This document shows positions 35,834 to 46,338 of a stretch of DNA of 64,000 nt, one piece after another. The stretch's first letter is position 1; each line of letters opens with the position of its first letter. A program made the position numbers and the translations under genes. The stretch is from the IMG/VR virus record IMGVR_UViG_3300046167_000801; one strand, given 5' to 3'. Below the pieces are notes generated by a model, which saw only the letters and a program-made list of their open reading frames with translations, was not told the DNA's origin and made no database searches. Source of the DNA: a virus. Lineage: Duplodnaviria > Caudoviricetes.

Positions 35834-37146
35834 TTAGTAAAAAAGAATTATTAGAAACCATAAAAGGTTTAAAGGAAATGCCCGTAGATTACGGAGATAA
35901 CCCTGAAAGAATAACACCCGATGTTGAAGACAAATTGGCATCGAGAGAAACACCCTTTAAAGATAATCCTTCATTTCCTGAAGAATCACCAGAAGGTGTT
36001 GAGTCTAATTTTGAAGAATTATTGGCATCTAAGAGATTTAAAGATGTTGTTGCAAAAGTAAAAAGATATACGGGTGAGGAAGGTAATATAACAGACCAAA
36101 ACGTACTATCTCAGTTAATGAGTACTATGCAACGAACATTGATGAGTGTTTTACGATTTGAACAAGACAATAAAGAATATTTAGAGAACTTAGCGGTAGA
36201 ACTTGTTAAGAAAGAAATGTCACTACCTGAAGACACACTACAATTCGATGCGAAATTAGTTGGTATAGGTGGTATAGATTCAGAAGGTTTTTCTAAGGAA
36301 TCAGAAGATCCAAGTGAAGAAGAGGTAGAACAACAATTTGGTGTAAACCCTGAAGAGGCTGAAGATGGTTTAGAAGACTTTATGGATGCGATGGAAAAGT
36401 TCGATCAGGAAACCGCGAAAAGAAGATTTATTAACGCATTAATACAGGGAGCATCTAAAAAAGGACATTATATGTTTGAGTTGGTTGCAAATGAATTAAC
36501 TGAAAGAGATCCAAACATCGTAAATCAATACGGTGTATTAATGTCAGTTAACGATTTACTTTATTGGGTATTACCTGACGGAATGATGGAAATGGGAATG
36601 GGTGATGGAAACCAAGCCGGTAAGGAGGAAATTGATACGGAAACTGATCCACCTACAATTATTGCAAGAGCGGTATTTTTTCCCGCATTGATACACGAAG
36701 TAATTAAAGGAGTAATGGAAATTATGGGTACACAAGGTTTACCCGACGATCCAAGATCTGCAGAAATGGTGATGAATAAAACTGACACTTTACCTTCAGA
36801 AATTTGGGATTTAAGATTAGGACCGATTATTTGGGAAAAATTTAGATCTTCATATCCTGATAGGTTAAATCAAGAAGATATGACACACATCCAAAATTAT
36901 CTTTTCTCAAGATTTTCTCAATTAGACGCTGAAGAATTTTTCAGAGTGGCTAAAGAAATAATGAGAGGATCTGCAATGGGTAAAAGTATTTTAAGTAATA
37001 TGGTGGACCAAATCATACAAGATTTACAAAATGAAGATTACGAAGAGGACCAATATAATAGAGAAAAAGAAGATGACGATGACGATGGTCTCGGAGGATT
37101 CTTAGGGTCATTAGGAATTACATTTTCTCCTGAAGACGACAATTAA
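35830..37146 (+). CDS. Conserved hypothetical (putative virion) protein
   Basis: 438 aa; KRRFINALIQG, LIHEVIKGVME, WDLRLGP. Confidence 0.75.
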   Translation: MISKKELLETIKGLKEMPVDYGDNPERITPDVEDKLASRETPFKDNPSFPEESPEGVESNFEELLASKRFKDVVAKVKRYTGEEGNITDQNVLSQLMSTMQRTLMSVLRFEQDNKEYLENLAVELVKKEMSLPEDTLQFDAKLVGIGGIDSEGFSKESEDPSEEEVEQQFGVNPEEAEDGLEDFMDAMEKFDQETAKRRFINALIQGASKKGHYMFELVANELTERDPNIVNQYGVLMSVNDLLYWVLPDGMMEMGMGDGNQAGKEEIDTETDPPTIIARAVFFPALIHEVIKGVMEIMGTQGLPDDPRSAEMVMNKTDTLPSEIWDLRLGPIIWEKFRSSYPDRLNQEDMTHIQNYLFSRFSQLDAEEFFRVAKEIMRGSAMGKSILSNMVDQIIQDLQNEDYEEDQYNREKEDDDDDGLGGFLGSLGITFSPEDDN

Positions 37147-37163
37147 ATAACACGGATTATAAG

Positions 37164-37189
37164 AAAGTGGTCAATAGACCACTTTTTTT
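37164..37189 (+). terminator. Terminator
   Basis: AAAGTGGTC-AATA-GACCACTTT + T-run. Confidence 0.8.
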
Positions 37190-37190
37190 G

Positions 37191-37198
37191 TATTTATA
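37191..37198 (+). promoter_or_regulatory. Putative late-promoter motif TATTTAT(A/T); representative of about 20 copies
   Basis: Also + at 5063, 12872, 13795, 15468, 16954, 19828, 22945, 32674, 33786, 39028, 42399, 43164; - at 681, 2033, 2677, 22896, 30025, 41872, 51151, 55140; nearly always just upstream of a co-oriented start. Confidence 0.75.
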
Positions 37199-37202
37199 GG
37201 AT

Positions 37203-38978
37203 ATGGATAAACATAAACTCATACAGTTAAAGGAATACGCGAAGATCATGAAAGATACTCCGTATGCACTTAAAACATATTTAACCACGTATGATAATAC
37301 ACAAAAGAAATATGTACCATTAGAGTTATTTCCAGACCAAGTTGAATTAATTAAAGACTACGACAACTATAATGAAAATATAACTCGTAAGTATAGACAG
37401 GCGGGTGTATCTACTGTAACCGCAGCTTGGTTATCTAAACGTATACAAACCGCAAAACCCGAAAACCCAGAAAGAATACTTATTATCGCTAACAAGAGAG
37501 ATACTGCGATAGAAATGGCTAATAAAGTTAGAGGTTTTTTAGATCAATGGCCAGAATGGATTAACGTTGGGTTTTCACCTGATAAAAATTCTGAAAGTAG
37601 GTATCGTATGAATAACGGATGTGAGGTTAAGGCGGTTGCGACATCTGCCGATGCACTTCGTGGTTATACACCAACAGTATTGGTTTTTGATGAGGCTGCA
37701 TATATTGAAGCGGGAGAAGATTTTTGGGCGGCTTGTATGGCCTCCTTATCTACGGGTGGTAAAGTAATACTTATATCCACACCTAACGGACATGACCCAA
37801 TTTATTATGGGGTATATGATCAGGCGTTACGAGGTATGAATGATTTTAAAATAACCGATTTAAGATGGTTTAAAGATCCAAGATATGCCAGTGACTTAAA
37901 ATGGATTAAAGTAGACGATATCATACATTATATGTTGAATAGAGAACAATATAATGATGATGAAATAATTTTAGAACAGGGTTGGGAAGGATATGAAGAA
38001 TTACTCGAGAAAGGATACAAACCGTACTCTCATTGGTTTGAGAATATGGCAAAAAAATTCAAGTATGACAAAAGAAAAATCGCACAAGAATTGGAGTGCG
38101 ACTTCCTCGGTTCTGGTGATGGTGTTATCCCAAATACAATACAAGACAGGATAAGAAAAACCATGATAAAGGATCCAATGGAAAAATACATGCAGGGTAC
38201 TTTTTGGTTATGGAAGGAACCTGTTGAGGGTCATAGATATATAATGGGTGTTGACGTATCTCGTGGAGATAGTGCTGACTCGTCATCAATATGTGTGATT
38301 GATTTTGATGAAAACGAACAGGTTGCGGAATATGTGGGTAAGATTCCACCAGATGATTTGGCATCGATAGTTTATAAATGGGGTACACTTTATAAGGCGT
38401 TTGTCGCTACAGACATAACGGGGGGTATGGGTATTGCAACATCACGTAAACTACAGGAAATGGGTTATAAGGACCAATATATTGACGGGGTGAACTCAAA
38501 TAATATTTGGCAATACAATAAGAAGGCACAGGAAAAAATACCTGGTATTAATTTTAATAACAAACGAACACAAATAGTTGCGTCTTTTGAAGAAAAACTT
38601 AGACATGGATTTATAGTTAAGTCATCTCGATTATTAAATGAATTAAACACGTTTGTTTATATAAACGGTAGACCTAACCACATGAAGGGGGCACATGATG
38701 ATGCAATCATGGCGATGGCCATTGCAATGTACGTGGGTGATATATGTTTCACTCAACTAAAGAGAAACGATAGCGCAAACAAAGCAATGTTAGACTCATG
38801 GTTACTCTCAGAAAGGACTTATGAAACAAAAAAATCTTTCTATTCTCATGGAACCGCGTTCGATGCTGTCGGATCTATGACTACTGACGGACAACCATAT
38901 AACCCATCTAATCAAAATATCAGTAAGGACCAATACATGGAACATAGTTGGTTATTTAGTAAAAGAGGTTATAGATAA
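37203..38978 (+). CDS. terL: Terminase large subunit (T4 gp17-like)
   Basis: KYRQAGVST Walker A, LVFDEAAYI Walker B, ISTPNG, QELECDF, GVDVSRG, HDDAIMA nuclease motifs. Confidence 0.95.
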   Translation: MDKHKLIQLKEYAKIMKDTPYALKTYLTTYDNTQKKYVPLELFPDQVELIKDYDNYNENITRKYRQAGVSTVTAAWLSKRIQTAKPENPERILIIANKRDTAIEMANKVRGFLDQWPEWINVGFSPDKNSESRYRMNNGCEVKAVATSADALRGYTPTVLVFDEAAYIEAGEDFWAACMASLSTGGKVILISTPNGHDPIYYGVYDQALRGMNDFKITDLRWFKDPRYASDLKWIKVDDIIHYMLNREQYNDDEIILEQGWEGYEELLEKGYKPYSHWFENMAKKFKYDKRKIAQELECDFLGSGDGVIPNTIQDRIRKTMIKDPMEKYMQGTFWLWKEPVEGHRYIMGVDVSRGDSADSSSICVIDFDENEQVAEYVGKIPPDDLASIVYKWGTLYKAFVATDITGGMGIATSRKLQEMGYKDQYIDGVNSNNIWQYNKKAQEKIPGINFNNKRTQIVASFEEKLRHGFIVKSSRLLNELNTFVYINGRPNHMKGAHDDAIMAMAIAMYVGDICFTQLKRNDSANKAMLDSWLLSERTYETKKSFYSHGTAFDAVGSMTTDGQPYNPSNQNISKDQYMEHSWLFSKRGYR

Positions 38979-39038
38979 TTAAACAGGTTTAAAAAGTGAA
39001 AAAAATTTCGTATATTATAAAGACTAATATTTATTAAT

Positions 39039-40850
39039 ATGGCAAAACAAAATATGACAGTGTATCAAAGGTTAACAAAGGTTTTCGGTTTTACCGCAGA
39101 CCAACCTTCGAAACCCCCACAATATAAATTTGATAGAGACCAACTGTTAAAAACAGATAGTAGAGAAGATTATGAAAAGGAACTTCTCCAACAACAACAA
39201 TCTCAATATATTGCAGATAAGTGGTCTAAATTAGATCAATCATTATATAATCAATCGGTTTATTATGAACCAAATAGATTAGCAGCGTATTATGATTATG
39301 AGTCTATGGAATTTACACCGGAAATTTCTGCGGCTTTAGATATATATTCTGAAGAATCAACAACCCTTTCAGAAAAGGGGGATATACTTACAATTTATTC
39401 AGAGTCAAAAAGGGTAAAAAACATACTCACAGATCTTTTTGAGAATATATTAGACGTAAACACTAACCTACAAATGTGGTGTAGAGGTTTAGGTAAGTAC
39501 GGTGATAACTTCGTTTATTTAAAAATAGATCCTGAAAGAGGTGTAGTTGGGTGTCAACAATTACCTAACATAGAAATAGAACGACATGAAGGTGCAGCGT
39601 CCAACGTACATAAAGCGGAACCATCGTCAAATGTTACAATGCCAAGTAGAGAACTGAGATTCGCGTGGAAAAATAAAGACATGGAGTTCCAAGCATGGGA
39701 AGTCGCACACTTTAGATTATTAGGGGACGATAGAAAATTACCTTATGGTACGTCAATGTTAGATAAGGTAAGACGTATATGGAAACAATTACTACTTGCA
39801 GAAGATGCAATGTTAATATACAGAACATCAAGAGCACCCGAAAGAAGAGTATTTAAAGTATTCGTGGGTAACATGGATGATAAAGACATTGAATCTTATG
39901 TACAACGTGTGGCAAACAAATTCAAAAGAGATCAGGTTGTTGACCCACAAAATGGACAAGTAGACATGAGGTACAACCAAATGGCTGTAGACCAAGATTA
40001 CTTTATTCCTGTTAGAGATCCGGGTCAAACTTCACCAATTGAAACATTACCAGGAGCACAGAACTTAGGTGAGATTGCAGATATTGAGTACATTCAAAAG
40101 AAGATGTTAGCCGCTCTTAGAATACCCAAAGCATTCTTAGGATTTGAGGAAATCGTTGGTGACGGTAAGACATTGGCACTAATGGACATACGTTTTGCAA
40201 GAACTATTAATAGAATTCAAAAATCCTTAATCCAAGAACTAAACAAAATTGCATTAGTTCATCTTTACTTATTAGGTTTAGAGGACGAGTTGGATAATTT
40301 TACATTATCCCTTACTAATCCATCCGCACAATCTGATTTATTAAAAGTAGAACAATGGAAAGAAAAGATAACACTTTATAAAGATGCAACATCAGATCAA
40401 TCACAGATAGGTATACAACCTGTTTCACATACATGGGCTAAGAAAAACATCTTAGGTATGAGTGATAACGATGTGGTTCTTGATTTACAACAACAAAGAC
40501 TCGAACGTGCACTTGGTGGTGAATTAGGGGCTACACCTAACATTATAAAAAGAACGGGCGTGTTTGATGAAGTTGATAAGAAGTATGGTATACCTGAGGA
40601 GGAGAGACAATCTATGGACACTTCCTCACCTGTTGAAGGAGATGAAATGGGAGGTGCACCACCCCCACCAGCAGGAGACATAGGAGGTGAAGAACCTCTT
40701 AGTGAAGGGACAGGAAAATCAAATAAATCTAAAATATTAAGTATGTTAGGTGATGAATCACAAGATTTTGATGATCTTTTTGATGTTAATAAGGCACAAC
40801 AGAATATTTATGAAGTAGAGAATAAACTCAAAGACATATTAAACGACTAA
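39039..40850 (+). CDS. gp20: Portal protein (T4 gp20-like)
   Basis: MEFTPEISAALDIY, PYGTSML..RRIWKQL, EDAMLIYR..RAPERRVF, DYFIPVR, IETLPGAQNL, DIEY. Confidence 0.95.
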   Translation: MAKQNMTVYQRLTKVFGFTADQPSKPPQYKFDRDQLLKTDSREDYEKELLQQQQSQYIADKWSKLDQSLYNQSVYYEPNRLAAYYDYESMEFTPEISAALDIYSEESTTLSEKGDILTIYSESKRVKNILTDLFENILDVNTNLQMWCRGLGKYGDNFVYLKIDPERGVVGCQQLPNIEIERHEGAASNVHKAEPSSNVTMPSRELRFAWKNKDMEFQAWEVAHFRLLGDDRKLPYGTSMLDKVRRIWKQLLLAEDAMLIYRTSRAPERRVFKVFVGNMDDKDIESYVQRVANKFKRDQVVDPQNGQVDMRYNQMAVDQDYFIPVRDPGQTSPIETLPGAQNLGEIADIEYIQKKMLAALRIPKAFLGFEEIVGDGKTLALMDIRFARTINRIQKSLIQELNKIALVHLYLLGLEDELDNFTLSLTNPSAQSDLLKVEQWKEKITLYKDATSDQSQIGIQPVSHTWAKKNILGMSDNDVVLDLQQQRLERALGGELGATPNIIKRTGVFDEVDKKYGIPEEERQSMDTSSPVEGDEMGGAPPPPAGDIGGEEPLSEGTGKSNKSKILSMLGDESQDFDDLFDVNKAQQNIYEVENKLKDILND

Positions 40851-40852
40851 TT

Positions 40853-41587
40853 ATGGCAACATTCGGGAACATTAAAAATAAGATTTTAGTTAAATTGACT
40901 GAATCATATGGTAAAAAGGATTTTAAAAATAACCTTAACACATATTTTAAACCTATAACTAAAAATGATACACTCAAAGAGATGTATTCATTATATGAGG
41001 AATTGGAAGGTAAAACTTTTGAAGATAAAGAAACCGCAACACTATATGTTGAGGAACTATCAAGAATTTTAAAGGAAAAGACTTCTGAGATACAAACAGA
41101 TTTAAATCAATTAAATGAATCCTTATCTAATGTAGAATCTAAAAGTAATGATTTATACGAAAGTATTGATTCTTTATCTACACCAGATAATTTAAGTAAT
41201 ATCTCCGATAAGGTTATTGCTAAAAAATATTTAGTTGAACATTTAACAAAAAATAAAACTAACGAATCACTTACTGTAGATGAGGGGGTTAACGAATCAT
41301 TACTAAATTCTGTCTTAGTAAATAACTTTAATGTTAGTTTTGATAAGACATTAAATGAAGAAGAAAAAGGTAGATTAAAAAACATACTATCCCTTAACCA
41401 AGAAGATTTAGAAACTAAATTTGAAGAGATAACAGAAAGTATTAAAGGAAAATTAGATTCAATAGTAGAATCGGACGCAGAGTTTAAAACGAAATCTATT
41501 GAGGTTAAGACCGAGATTAATGAAATGACTCAAAGTAAGTATAACTTATACAGATTAGAAGAGTTATTAAATAACTTGTCAGAATAA
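40853..41587 (+). CDS. Hypothetical helical protein in head module
   Basis: 244-aa ORF between portal and bS21. Confidence 0.75.
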   Translation: MATFGNIKNKILVKLTESYGKKDFKNNLNTYFKPITKNDTLKEMYSLYEELEGKTFEDKETATLYVEELSRILKEKTSEIQTDLNQLNESLSNVESKSNDLYESIDSLSTPDNLSNISDKVIAKKYLVEHLTKNKTNESLTVDEGVNESLLNSVLVNNFNVSFDKTLNEEEKGRLKNILSLNQEDLETKFEEITESIKGKLDSIVESDAEFKTKSIEVKTEINEMTQSKYNLYRLEELLNNLSE

Positions 41588-41662
41588 TATTCCTTTACGG
41601 CAGCTACCTTAGAGGTGTAAATCCCTGTTTTTGATACATCAAAGTCTCAAATGGGGATTTTT

Positions 41663-41854
41663 TTATTGCTCGTTTTCGTCTTTCAGTTTCTGTATATACA
41701 CCGCCTTTTGTTTTTGTAGTCTTTTTTTGACGGATGGTTTAGTGAATTGTTTATTCTCTCTGAGTTTATTGATTTGTTTTACGTTTCTTACTTTTCTACG
41801 CAATTTCTTTATCGCTTTCTCAATACCACCTTTGTCTACTTTTATTATTAGCAT
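41663..41854 (-). CDS. rpsU: Phage-encoded ribosomal protein bS21
   Basis: MLIIKV...IEKAIKKLRRK...LRENKQFTKPSVKKR..KQKAVYIQ matches Bacteroidota-type bS21; TATTTATT upstream. Confidence 0.9.
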   Translation of the reverse strand: MLIIKVDKGGIEKAIKKLRRKVRNVKQINKLRENKQFTKPSVKKRLQKQKAVYIQKLKDENEQ

Positions 41855-41958
41855 ATATAATTTTGTATATTAATAAATATACTAGAAAAATTTGTTTTTC
41901 CAAAGAAAATTACTTATATTTTATTAAACACCATTAAAAGATTATAATAATGAATTAA

Positions 41959-42384
41959 ATGAAACTAGGACGTTACATCCCATTAGGGGATCACAAAAAC
42001 GTTAAGATTGGATATGGGACGATAAACCATAAAAACTTAAAGACAATTTACCTCTCTTTAAACTCTTGGTTAGAACCCAAAGAAATATGTGAGGATTACG
42101 ATGCAATATTAAGATCGTCGAAAAACAAAATAAAAAGATTAGTACACAATTTAGGTCACGGACTTTTTAGATCAGAATCGATTGTTGATTTAGATGTAAG
42201 AACTAAAGGTATAAAAAAAGAAAAGAGATCTTTTATGAATTTAGAAGTTACTCTATACACGTTAAAACAAGTAAACGTAAAGGATAAAGACTTGAAAACA
42301 GACATGTATGGTTTACTATGTGAGATCATAGATACTTGTTTAGATAACGAATTATTATACAATTTCCACAAAAAGAAAAAATAA
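41959..42384 (+). CDS. Conserved hypothetical phage protein
   Basis: 141-aa ORF; TTACTTATATTTTATT element upstream. Confidence 0.75.
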   Translation: MKLGRYIPLGDHKNVKIGYGTINHKNLKTIYLSLNSWLEPKEICEDYDAILRSSKNKIKRLVHNLGHGLFRSESIVDLDVRTKGIKKEKRSFMNLEVTLYTLKQVNVKDKDLKTDMYGLLCEIIDTCLDNELLYNFHKKKK

Positions 42385-42425
42385 GTCCGTTTTCCATGTA
42401 TTTATAGTAATAAAACTACAGATAC

Positions 42426-43109
42426 ATGAAAGTATTAGGACCAAAAGAAACAGGTAAAGGAATATTAATAGAATATGACGCGGGATTTATTTCTCCCAAA
42501 GAGAATAAAAGTGTTATATCAGAAATGAAGGGAATTGATTTCTCTGAAGATATTATCCTTTACGCTGTTCTACAGAAATATGATACTCCGAATAAGAACG
42601 GAAGAATCTATCCAGAGAGATTACTCAAAAGAGAGATGGAAAAGTATCAAGAAATAATTGATAAGGGTTCAGCGTTAAATGAACTAAATCATCCATCATC
42701 TTCACTTATAGATTTAGATAGAGTTTCACATACGATCACCGAGACTTGGTGGGACGGTAAAATTCTTATGGGAAAAATTAAATTACTTCTTTCACCTGGT
42801 TGGAAAAAATCGGGTATTGTAAGTACTAAAGGTGATCAAGCCGCAATGTTATTAATGAACGGTGTTACCTTAGGTATATCATCAAGGGGAGTTGGGTCTC
42901 TTAAATCGGTTAAAGGTCAGAATATAGTACAGGAGGACTTCGAATTGGTTTGTTTTGATTTAGTATCATCCCCATCAACACCTGGCGCTTATGTATTCCA
43001 AGATCCAGGAGATAGAGAAAAGTACGAAGAATCCATTGAAGAACAACCTATTGTAGACGAGAGAATGAGTAAACTTATGGGTAATCTGAATAGTTTCTTA
43101 TCTAAATAA
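42426..43109 (+). CDS. gp21: Prohead core protease (T4 gp21-like)
   Basis: PNKNGRIYP, ELNHP, LGISSRGVGS, FDLVSSPSTPGAY. Confidence 0.95.
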   Translation: MKVLGPKETGKGILIEYDAGFISPKENKSVISEMKGIDFSEDIILYAVLQKYDTPNKNGRIYPERLLKREMEKYQEIIDKGSALNELNHPSSSLIDLDRVSHTITETWWDGKILMGKIKLLLSPGWKKSGIVSTKGDQAAMLLMNGVTLGISSRGVGSLKSVKGQNIVQEDFELVCFDLVSSPSTPGAYVFQDPGDREKYEESIEEQPIVDERMSKLMGNLNSFLSK

Positions 43110-43190
43110 TAAACTTTTCTTTGATTACTATATCACAAAAGTAATTTTTTCTTAATTAACAAGTATTTATTATTAAACTATAATATACAA

Positions 43191-44507
43191 ATGAGTAAAA
43201 AATCCATTTTAGAACAAGCATTGCTTCAAGTACAAGATCTTGAAGAGGCAGTAAAGGCAAACGCAAAAGGTATACTTGCTTCAACTATGAAGGAAGAACT
43301 AAACGATGTCCTAAACGAATCTATGGAACAAGAGGAAGTTGAAGGTAACGAAACTCCTATAACAGAAGACGAACAAGATATGCCAATCTCGGAACAAGGA
43401 ATTGAAGACGAGGAAGGAAATGATGACGAAACTTCGATAAACGACGAGCCAGCAGACGACGTTGATCCAGACATGGAAGATGAAGAGGGTGAAGACGAAT
43501 CAGACGACGAATTATCAATAGATGATGAGGACGAAGATTTTTCATTACCAATGGATTCTGAAGAAGAAGGAGAAGACGAAGTACTTGACATGACCGACGC
43601 ATCTGACGATGAAGTCCTAAAGGTATTCAAATCAATGAAACCTGAAGACGGAATTGTTGTGAAACGTGACGGTGATAATGTTGAACTCGAAGACGGAGAC
43701 GACGAATACATCATCAAATTAGATGACGAAGAAAGTGAAGTCGAAGAAGAATACAACGAAGAGGTATCTGAAGAAGAAGTTGAGGAATCAGAAGTATCTG
43801 AGACCGATATGGAAGAAGAGGTATCTGAAGAAGAAGTATCTGAAACTGATGACACTGTCTACGAAATTGAATTAGAAGACGTATCCGAAGAAGAAGTCTC
43901 TGAAGAAGAAGAAGAAGTTTCCGAAGAGGAGGTATCTGAAGAAGAAATTGACGAATCAGAAGTATCTGAGGAGGAAATGGAAGAAGAAGTCTCTGAAGAG
44001 GAAGAATCTCATGAAGAGGAAGTCGACGAAGCTGCAAGAACAAAATCCAATGTACATGGTGACAAGGGAGGTGCTAACAGAGCCGGTATTAAGTCTAAGA
44101 CTAAATATAAGGCAGGTGCAATCAACGAAGAGGTTGAAACTTTAAAGAAACAAAACGGTGAATATAAAAAGGCGTTAGTTTTATTTAAAGAGAAACTAAA
44201 CGAGGTTGCTGTGTTTAACGCTAACTTGGCATACGCTACAAGATTGTTCACAGAACATTCGACAACTCGTCAAGAGAAATTAAATATTTTGAAAAGATTT
44301 GACTCTGTCACTTCTTTAACAGAATCTAAATCCACTTATAAAGTAATAGAAGGTGAATTAGGTTCAAAACAAAATGTTACTGAATCGGTTGCAAAATCAA
44401 TCGTTTCAACTCCGACATCATCCTCATCTCAAGAAGTACTTTCAGAAACAAAAGCATACGAAAGTCCACAGTTTAAGAGAATGAAAGATTTAATGTCAAA
44501 ATTATAA
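43191..44507 (+). CDS. gp22: Prohead scaffold/core protein (gp22-like) with EEVSEEE low-complexity repeats
   Basis: Position between protease and MCP; very acidic; C-terminal coiled coil LNEVAVFNANLAY. Confidence 0.8.
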   Translation: MSKKSILEQALLQVQDLEEAVKANAKGILASTMKEELNDVLNESMEQEEVEGNETPITEDEQDMPISEQGIEDEEGNDDETSINDEPADDVDPDMEDEEGEDESDDELSIDDEDEDFSLPMDSEEEGEDEVLDMTDASDDEVLKVFKSMKPEDGIVVKRDGDNVELEDGDDEYIIKLDDEESEVEEEYNEEVSEEEVEESEVSETDMEEEVSEEEVSETDDTVYEIELEDVSEEEVSEEEEEVSEEEVSEEEIDESEVSEEEMEEEVSEEEESHEEEVDEAARTKSNVHGDKGGANRAGIKSKTKYKAGAINEEVETLKKQNGEYKKALVLFKEKLNEVAVFNANLAYATRLFTEHSTTRQEKLNILKRFDSVTSLTESKSTYKVIEGELGSKQNVTESVAKSIVSTPTSSSSQEVLSETKAYESPQFKRMKDLMSKL

Positions 44508-44542
44508 TAAAATAAATAAAAAAACTAAAACTCAAATTTAAA

Positions 44543-46255
44543 ATGGGAGCATTATTAGAATCAGGTATGGTTGGTAACATCGGGTTAAAACACCTAAGAG
44601 TTATCAAAGAAGATACCATCAAAAAATGGGATGACCTAGGTTTCTTAGAGGGACTTAATGGACATCAAAAAGATAACATCGCTCAGTTGTATGAAAACCA
44701 AGCGTCTTATCTAATTAACGAAGCTGCTGTGTCTGACTCATCAGGTTCATTCGAAACAGTTGTTTTTCCAATCATTAGAAGAGTATTCTCTAAATTATTG
44801 GCAAACGATATCGTTTCTGTACAAGCTATGAACTTACCAATTGGTAAATTGTTCTACTTTGTACCTAAAATTGCAGAAAGAGCTGGCGGTACTGGTCATA
44901 CAGCACCTTACGCATCTCCAGGTCAAGACGCAAACGGAGACTTCACAGGGACTAACCTTTATGATAGATTTTATGAAGAAGGTGATGACGCTGCAGAAGG
45001 TATCTACGATTACTCAAAAGGTAAATTTTCTGTACAAGATTTAGCAGGATCGGCAGTTGTAGTATTTAACGAAGGTATTGCTACAGATGCTGGTACTATG
45101 GCAGCAGGAGAACAATCAAGTGTAATTGTTAAGTTTGGAGGATTCTCTAAATTAGGATCAGGTAAACTTGCGGGACCTAACGGTAACGAAATGGATACTG
45201 AAGAATTTTTGGCATCATTAGATATCAAAAACTCGGCTATTAAGGCTGGTAACTTACCTTTTAACGTTGTAACTCAGAAATACGGAAGTGGTATTGTTGA
45301 GTACGGTGCTAAAGGAACAGGTGCTGCAGGTGGTCAATATCCAGATATCGTTGATAAAGATGGTGTAATCTACTTACAGATTGATCTTGAAGATTATACA
45401 CCGGCATCAGGTTATACAAAATTTGACGCAGCAGGAACTGAAGCGGCATCAGGTTTTACAGGAACTTACAGACAATACGCTACATTAGAATTCGAAGATG
45501 AAATCGGAGAAGTATCTTTCGATTTAGATTCTGTAACAGTTTCTGTTACTGAAAGAAAACTAAGAGCTAGCTGGTCTCCTGAATTGGCTCAGGATGTATC
45601 TGCTTTCCATAACATCGACGCTGAGGCTGAGTTAACAGCATTGTTATCTGAGCAAATCGCGGCTGAGGTTGATAGAGAGATCTTAAGAGACTTAAGAAAA
45701 GGTGCAGCTTGGAACCTTAAATGGGACTACAATGAGTGGAAATATGGTGGAAACGGAAACGCAACACTACAAGGATACACTCAAAAGGATTGGAACCAAA
45801 CGTTAATTACTAAAATTAACCAATTATCGGCTCAAATCCATAAAACTACACTTAGAGGTGGTGCTAACTGGATCGTTGTTTCTTCTGAAGTTTCAGCTGT
45901 ATTCGATGACTTAGAGTACTTCCACGTATCTAACGCAGGTGCAGAACAAGATCAGTACAATATGGGTATTGAGAAAGTTGGTACTTTAGCAGGAAGATAC
46001 CAAGTGTATAGAGATCCTTACTTCCCAGCGGGTAAAGTATTGGTTGGACATAAAGGAAAGTCGTTGTTAGACGCAGGGTACATTTACGCACCTTACGTAC
46101 CGTTACAACTTACACCTACAATGTACAATCCATTCAACTTTACACCGATCAAGGGTATCATGACGAGATACGCTAAGAAAATGGTTAATAACCGTTACTT
46201 CGGTGTGATCAACGTTGCAGGATTACAAACATTCAACTTAGATACTTTAAGATAA
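44543..46255 (+). CDS. gp23: Major capsid protein (T4 gp23-like)
   Basis: ANDIVSVQAMNLP, RKLRASWSPELAQD, IDAEAEL, EVDREI, YAPYVPL, GIMTRYA. Confidence 0.97.
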   Translation: MGALLESGMVGNIGLKHLRVIKEDTIKKWDDLGFLEGLNGHQKDNIAQLYENQASYLINEAAVSDSSGSFETVVFPIIRRVFSKLLANDIVSVQAMNLPIGKLFYFVPKIAERAGGTGHTAPYASPGQDANGDFTGTNLYDRFYEEGDDAAEGIYDYSKGKFSVQDLAGSAVVVFNEGIATDAGTMAAGEQSSVIVKFGGFSKLGSGKLAGPNGNEMDTEEFLASLDIKNSAIKAGNLPFNVVTQKYGSGIVEYGAKGTGAAGGQYPDIVDKDGVIYLQIDLEDYTPASGYTKFDAAGTEAASGFTGTYRQYATLEFEDEIGEVSFDLDSVTVSVTERKLRASWSPELAQDVSAFHNIDAEAELTALLSEQIAAEVDREILRDLRKGAAWNLKWDYNEWKYGGNGNATLQGYTQKDWNQTLITKINQLSAQIHKTTLRGGANWIVVSSEVSAVFDDLEYFHVSNAGAEQDQYNMGIEKVGTLAGRYQVYRDPYFPAGKVLVGHKGKSLLDAGYIYAPYVPLQLTPTMYNPFNFTPIKGIMTRYAKKMVNNRYFGVINVAGLQTFNLDTLR

Positions 46256-46280
46256 TATATCTTTAAGTTCTATTAATATT

Positions 46281-46309
46281 AAAGGGGATCGATTCGGTCC
46301 CCTTTTTTT
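46281..46309 (+). terminator. Terminator after MCP
   Basis: AAAGGGGA-TCGATTCGG-TCCCCTTT + T-run. Confidence 0.85.
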
Positions 46310-46338
46310 ATTGCAATATTTTCTGTATATTATAACTT

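Noticed and set aside
43740-44030. Repeated GAAGTATCTGAAGAAGAA units resembling an array
   Set aside because: In-frame EEVSEEE low-complexity coding repeats without unique spacers; not CRISPR.
43226-44251. Long antisense ORFs (Ser-rich 209 aa etc.) opposite the scaffold gene
   Set aside because: Shadow frames of GAA/GAT-rich acidic coding sequence. The same applies to 34381-34824, 53027-53659, 1144-1509, 1712-2044 and similar antisense ORFs.
37203-46255. Introns/inteins in terL, portal or MCP
   Set aside because: ORFs are continuous and of expected size; no intein or homing-endonuclease motifs seen.
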